Notes under the pieces: generated by a model
What the model saw: the letters and a program-made list of their open reading frames with translations, nothing else
Database searches by the model: none
What the model was told of the DNA's origin: nothing
Assembly (NCBI GenBank): GCA_000175855.1
Contig: ACYB01000031.1
Span: 90,001-122,000 of the forward strand
Direction of reading: 5' to 3'
Source of the DNA: Raphidiopsis brookii D9
GTDB taxonomy: Bacteria; Cyanobacteriota; Cyanobacteriia; Cyanobacteriales; Nostocaceae
Length of the DNA stretch: 32,000 nucleotides
Shown here: piece by piece, positions 28,820 to 32,000 of the stretch
How the letters are laid out: each line of letters begins with the position of its first letter
Position numbering within the stretch: the first letter of the stretch is position 1
Position numbers and translations under genes: made by a program

Positions 28820-29358
28820 TCACAGTCTTGACTAAAATCATCTTGGGTTGGATCCTGGGAAAAACAATCTCTTTGGGATCCAGCCCAGATCACCTCCCAT
28901 ACTGGTGGTGAATTTACTAACAGCGATCGCCCAAAGCGACTCATTTCTACACGATACTTAGTAGTGTTGACCACACTATTTTTAGCTGGTGAGGGTTTGA
29001 TAATTGTAACCAAAGCTTGATTAGGTTGGGGATACACTACCTGCACTTGTACTTTTTTATGAGACTTTTTACTTTCATCACTTTCATCAATTATATTTAA
29101 TGCTATAGTAGCAGGATCACTCCCAATCAAAAGGGAGTTGACCGTTTCTAAAGGAATTATGTGGTAGTCAGAACGTTCCAAGTTTATTCGTAATTCATCC
29201 GGATTAAGTTCCTTGGGAATGGTTTGTGGCTGTCCATGGGCGGACAGGGTCAACCTTATGGAAGATTGATGCTGAATCCAATAAGCTACAGCAGTACTAA
29301 TGAAAGTACCTAGGGTAAAAATTAAAAAAAATTTGAGTTTTGCTAACATGGTTAACAT
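28816..29358 (-). CDS. Hypothetical exported/anchored protein
   Basis: 180 aa. N-terminal hydrophobic segment: KLKFFLIFTLGTFISTAVAYW. No family recognised. Convergent 4-nt overlap with the previous gene. Confidence 0.5.
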   Translation of the reverse strand: MLTMLAKLKFFLIFTLGTFISTAVAYWIQHQSSIRLTLSAHGQPQTIPKELNPDELRINLERSDYHIIPLETVNSLLIGSDPATIALNIIDESDESKKSHKKVQVQVVYPQPNQALVTIIKPSPAKNSVVNTTKYRVEMSRFGRSLLVNSPPVWEVIWAGSQRDCFSQDPTQDDFSQDCD

Positions 29359-29707
29359 AGTTATTTAAGTGTGATTAAAAGAGGATTTTCCAGAGTTTCA
29401 GATTTACCTCTCCACCTCTAGCAGCTACTCAAGAGCAGATTTGTGTGTGAGAAAGCGGAGGATCGTAACTTGTATCAGAAGAACTATAATGTCAATTAAG
29501 ATCTCCCATTATTGAACCACCCATTGCACCATACAATTTACTATATGGATATTTCACACAAAATTTAAGTTCCCGTTAAATCTCAGTTAAGTTCCACCCT
29601 GACCTAAATGTTTGGTGGAAAATCCCTTTGGTGGGCTATAATTCCACTCGGGAACAGATGTTAAATTCCACTCAAAAATTAACCAAATTGATTCTAAAGC
29701 CACCATT

Positions 29708-30967
29708 ATGAGCATTCATGAAGTATTTATGCCAGCCCTAAGTTCCACCATGACAGAAGGAAAAATAGTCTCCTGGGTCAAATCACCAGGAGATAAAGTG
29801 GAAAAAGGTGAAACAGTGGTGGTTGTTGAGTCAGATAAGGCTGATATGGATGTAGAATCCTTTTATGAAGGATTTCTAGCCCATATTCTCGTTCAAGCTG
29901 GTGAAACTGCTCCCGTTGGCGCAGCGATCGCTTATGTGGCCGAAACCCAAGAAGAAATTACCAGTGCTAAGATTCTTGGAGGTGGATCTAGTGCAGTGAC
30001 ACCCACTCTCCCAGTAGCACCGGTAAGTGCCCCTGTGGTTCCAGTACCTGTAACAGTTTCCCAAAACGGGTCAAATCATCAACAGGGTAGGTTAGTGGTT
30101 TCTCCTCGCGCTCGTAAGCTGGCTAAGGAACTCAAGGTTGATTTAAATAATCTCAAAGGTAGTGGTCCTTATGGTCGTATTATTGCGGGAGACATAGAAG
30201 CTGCTGTGGGCAAAGTCCCTCAACCCACTAGTCCTGTTATTAGTACCATTCCCACTATTCCATCCACTCCACCAGCAACCCCCGTGGTTAATTCTGGACA
30301 AGTAGTACCATTAACTACTTTACAGAATGCCGTGGTACGTAACATGATGTCCAGCCTATCTGTACCTACATTTCATGTTGGCTATACCATTACCACTGAT
30401 GGTCTAGATAAACTGTATAAGCAAATCAAATCAAAAGGTGTAACCATGACAGCTCTTTTAGCTAAGGCTGTAGCAGTTACCTTACAAAAACATCCTTTAC
30501 TTAATGCCAGTTATTCAGAACAAGGGATTGTCCATCATCCCCAGATTAATGTTTCTATAGCTGTGGCCATGGACGATGGTGGTTTAATTACCCCGGTTTT
30601 ACAGAATGCAAACCAAATAGATATTTACTCCCTGTCGCGGAATTGGAAATCCTTAGTGGATAGAGCTAGGGCCAAACAACTGCAACCCGAGGAGTACAGC
30701 ACGGGTACATTTACCATCTCGAATTTGGGTATGTTTGGTGTAGATACTTTTGATGCGATTTTGCCACCGGGACAAGGTGCCATTTTAGCAGTTGGAGCTG
30801 GGCGTTCCCAAGTTGTAGCTACTGGAGAGGGTTCATTTGCTCTCAGACAGCAAATGAAGGTGAATATTACCTGTGACCACCGGATTATTTACGGTGCCCA
30901 TGCAGCTGCTTTCCTCCAGGATTTGGCAAAACTGATTGAAACCGATCCCCAATCTCTCACAATTTAG
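29708..30967 (+). CDS. pdhC: Dihydrolipoamide acetyltransferase, E2 of the pyruvate dehydrogenase complex
   Basis: Lipoyl domain: MPALSSTMTEGKIVSWVKSPGDKVEKGETVVVVESDKADMDVE. E3/E1-binding domain: VSPRARKLAKELKVDLNNLKGSGPYGRI. Catalytic motif: CDHRIIYGAHAAAFL. Confidence 0.92.
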   Translation: MSIHEVFMPALSSTMTEGKIVSWVKSPGDKVEKGETVVVVESDKADMDVESFYEGFLAHILVQAGETAPVGAAIAYVAETQEEITSAKILGGGSSAVTPTLPVAPVSAPVVPVPVTVSQNGSNHQQGRLVVSPRARKLAKELKVDLNNLKGSGPYGRIIAGDIEAAVGKVPQPTSPVISTIPTIPSTPPATPVVNSGQVVPLTTLQNAVVRNMMSSLSVPTFHVGYTITTDGLDKLYKQIKSKGVTMTALLAKAVAVTLQKHPLLNASYSEQGIVHHPQINVSIAVAMDDGGLITPVLQNANQIDIYSLSRNWKSLVDRARAKQLQPEEYSTGTFTISNLGMFGVDTFDAILPPGQGAILAVGAGRSQVVATGEGSFALRQQMKVNITCDHRIIYGAHAAAFLQDLAKLIETDPQSLTI

Positions 30968-30979
30968 CTCCCAATCGTC

Positions 30980-31013
30980 TAGAGACGTTGGGTATTCAAT
31001 TACAACGTCTCTA
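30980..31013. terminator. Perfect 11-bp hairpin between the convergent pdhC and DUF2996 genes
   Basis: TAGAGACGTTG-ggtattcaatta-CAACGTCTCTA. Confidence 0.5.
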
Positions 31014-31028
31014 TAATTAAAGTTGGAA

Positions 31029-31475
31029 CTAGTTCCTACCTAGCCATTTTTGACCGTTGAGACGATAAATCAGACGGGATACCAGCAAATCAAGGGTGAT
31101 CTTACGCTCGTCTATCAAGAAGGACTCCAGGGTGCTGGGTTTTTTCCCTTCATGACAGGAGAACCCCTTTTTACCTTGAATATCTTGGTCGGGAAAGTAA
31201 ACATTAAACTGTTTGGCCCCGTTTTGCCAAGAACCGGTGATTTGCCAACACTCCTGGGAAGAATTAAAACCGACAATGGCATATTTTTGCTTGACAAAGG
31301 TCAGTTTTACGTCAGAAATACCTTCCTGGGCGATCGCTTTTTGTAAAGCAGGTAAGTAGTGTTCCTGCATAAACTCCTGAAATGGCTTATCTTCCACTGC
31401 TGGGGGTTTTTCTTTTTTACCTACGGGTTTTTGGTTTGTTTCTTCCACCATCACACTATCCTCTGTTGTGTCCAT
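31029..31475 (-). CDS. DUF2996 domain protein
   Basis: Motifs: KPFQEFMQEHYLPALQKAI...W...FNVYFPDQDIQGKKGFSC...STLESFLIDERKITLDLLVSRLIYRLNGQKWLGRN. This is the cyanobacteria/plastid-lineage DUF2996 pattern. Confidence 0.7.
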   Translation of the reverse strand: MDTTEDSVMVEETNQKPVGKKEKPPAVEDKPFQEFMQEHYLPALQKAIAQEGISDVKLTFVKQKYAIVGFNSSQECWQITGSWQNGAKQFNVYFPDQDIQGKKGFSCHEGKKPSTLESFLIDERKITLDLLVSRLIYRLNGQKWLGRN

Positions 31476-31517
31476 ACTTATATTTATTATTGCATATCAA
31501 TCAGTTTGCCAGTCTCC

Positions 31518-31546
31518 AAAAAAAACCCACCCTAGGAAATGGGTGG
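31518..31546 (-). terminator. Rho-independent terminator downstream of mraY
   Basis: The minus strand reads CCACCC-atttccta-GGGTGG followed by TTTTTTTT (A8 on the plus strand at 31518-31525). Confidence 0.7.
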
Positions 31547-31575
31547 CATTTTTCAGAACAGAGTTGTTAGGGAAA

Positions 31576-32000
31576 TCACTTTATCAAAGCCAGACACATA
31601 CTGGCTAAAAGCGCGCCTACTATATAAAATGCACCTACTACCTGCAATTCGGACCAACCAGATAATTCTAGATGATGATGTAAAGGAGCCATCTTGAATA
31701 GTCGCTTGCCCTTCCCATCTGATCCCTTAGTTACTTTGTAATAACTCACCTGTGCCATCACAGATAGGGTTTCTACAAAAAATATTCCACTTAAAATGAA
31801 CAGTCCCACCAAGTTATTAGTTAAAAGGGCCACCGCACCTAAAGCACCACCTAAAGCGAGGGAACCAGTGTCACCCATAAAAACCCGAGCGGGATTGCGA
31901 TTATGAGCTAAAAATCCCACACAACTACCACTCACCGCTGCACAGAAGATCATTAAACTGGGTGCGGTGGGAGCAATCAAAGCTCCTAAACCCAAAATGG
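31576..32000 (-). CDS. mraY: Phospho-N-acetylmuramoyl-pentapeptide transferase MraY, C-terminal part (5' end outside the window)
   Basis: Motifs: [25 protein letters not shown] and [19 protein letters not shown]. The frame stays open to the window edge. Confidence 0.9.
   Translation of the reverse strand, partial: ILGLGALIAPTAPSLMIFCAAVSGSCVGFLAHNRNPARVFMGDTGSLALGGALGAVALLTNNLVGLFILSGIFFVETLSVMAQVSYYKVTKGSDGKGKRLFKMAPLHHHLELSGWSELQVVGAFYIVGALLASMCLALIK

Overview
The window looks like chromosomal DNA from a filamentous, Nostocales-type cyanobacterium. Evidence: about 40% GC by eye, at least 11 copies of the HIP1 octamer GCGATCGC, and cyanobacterial-type genes (ftrV, lrtA-type long hpf, DUF2996, aas-like acyl-ACP synthetase, many Uma2 nucleases). 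All family calls come from motif recognition in the supplied translations; no database search was possible.

I support about 36 protein-coding loci, one tRNA-Cys(GCA), three gene remnants or pseudogenes, one intragenic tandem repeat, and several hairpin terminators. Most of the window is ordinary housekeeping: ligA 3' end, purS, cobU, lipB, hpf, prxQ, recQ, pdhC (E2), mraY 3' end, an nfeD-SPFH pair, and a zur-like Fur regulator. There is no CRISPR array, transposase, integrase or rRNA.

Regions worth a second look:
1. 17242-20176: a tightly packed minus-strand operon of lipB, an RnfD/NqrB-like polytopic membrane protein, and a secreted/anchored DUF2330 protein. This is my best candidate for an undescribed functional module.
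2. 9910-11886: a membrane-anchored fusion of a 4-Cys zinc ribbon, a degenerate kinase-like domain and an intact PP2C phosphatase.
3. 8166-9561: a sensor-less BlaI/M56 (BlaR1-like) repressor-protease pair with a candidate palindromic operator. It sits beside an orphan NuiA-like nuclease-inhibitor gene and tRNA-Cys.
4. 5181-6749: a stand-alone PilQ/GspD-type secretin with no pilMNO partners.
5. 2422-2946: a patch of decayed gene fragments. It includes a truncated, stop-containing copy of the 3' end of the Uma2 gene at 3412-4407, and the two copies differ in repeat number.
6. 27427-27434: an aas-like fatty-acid activating gene broken by a one-nucleotide frame change in a G4A4 run.

None of these is proven to be a novel system from sequence alone.
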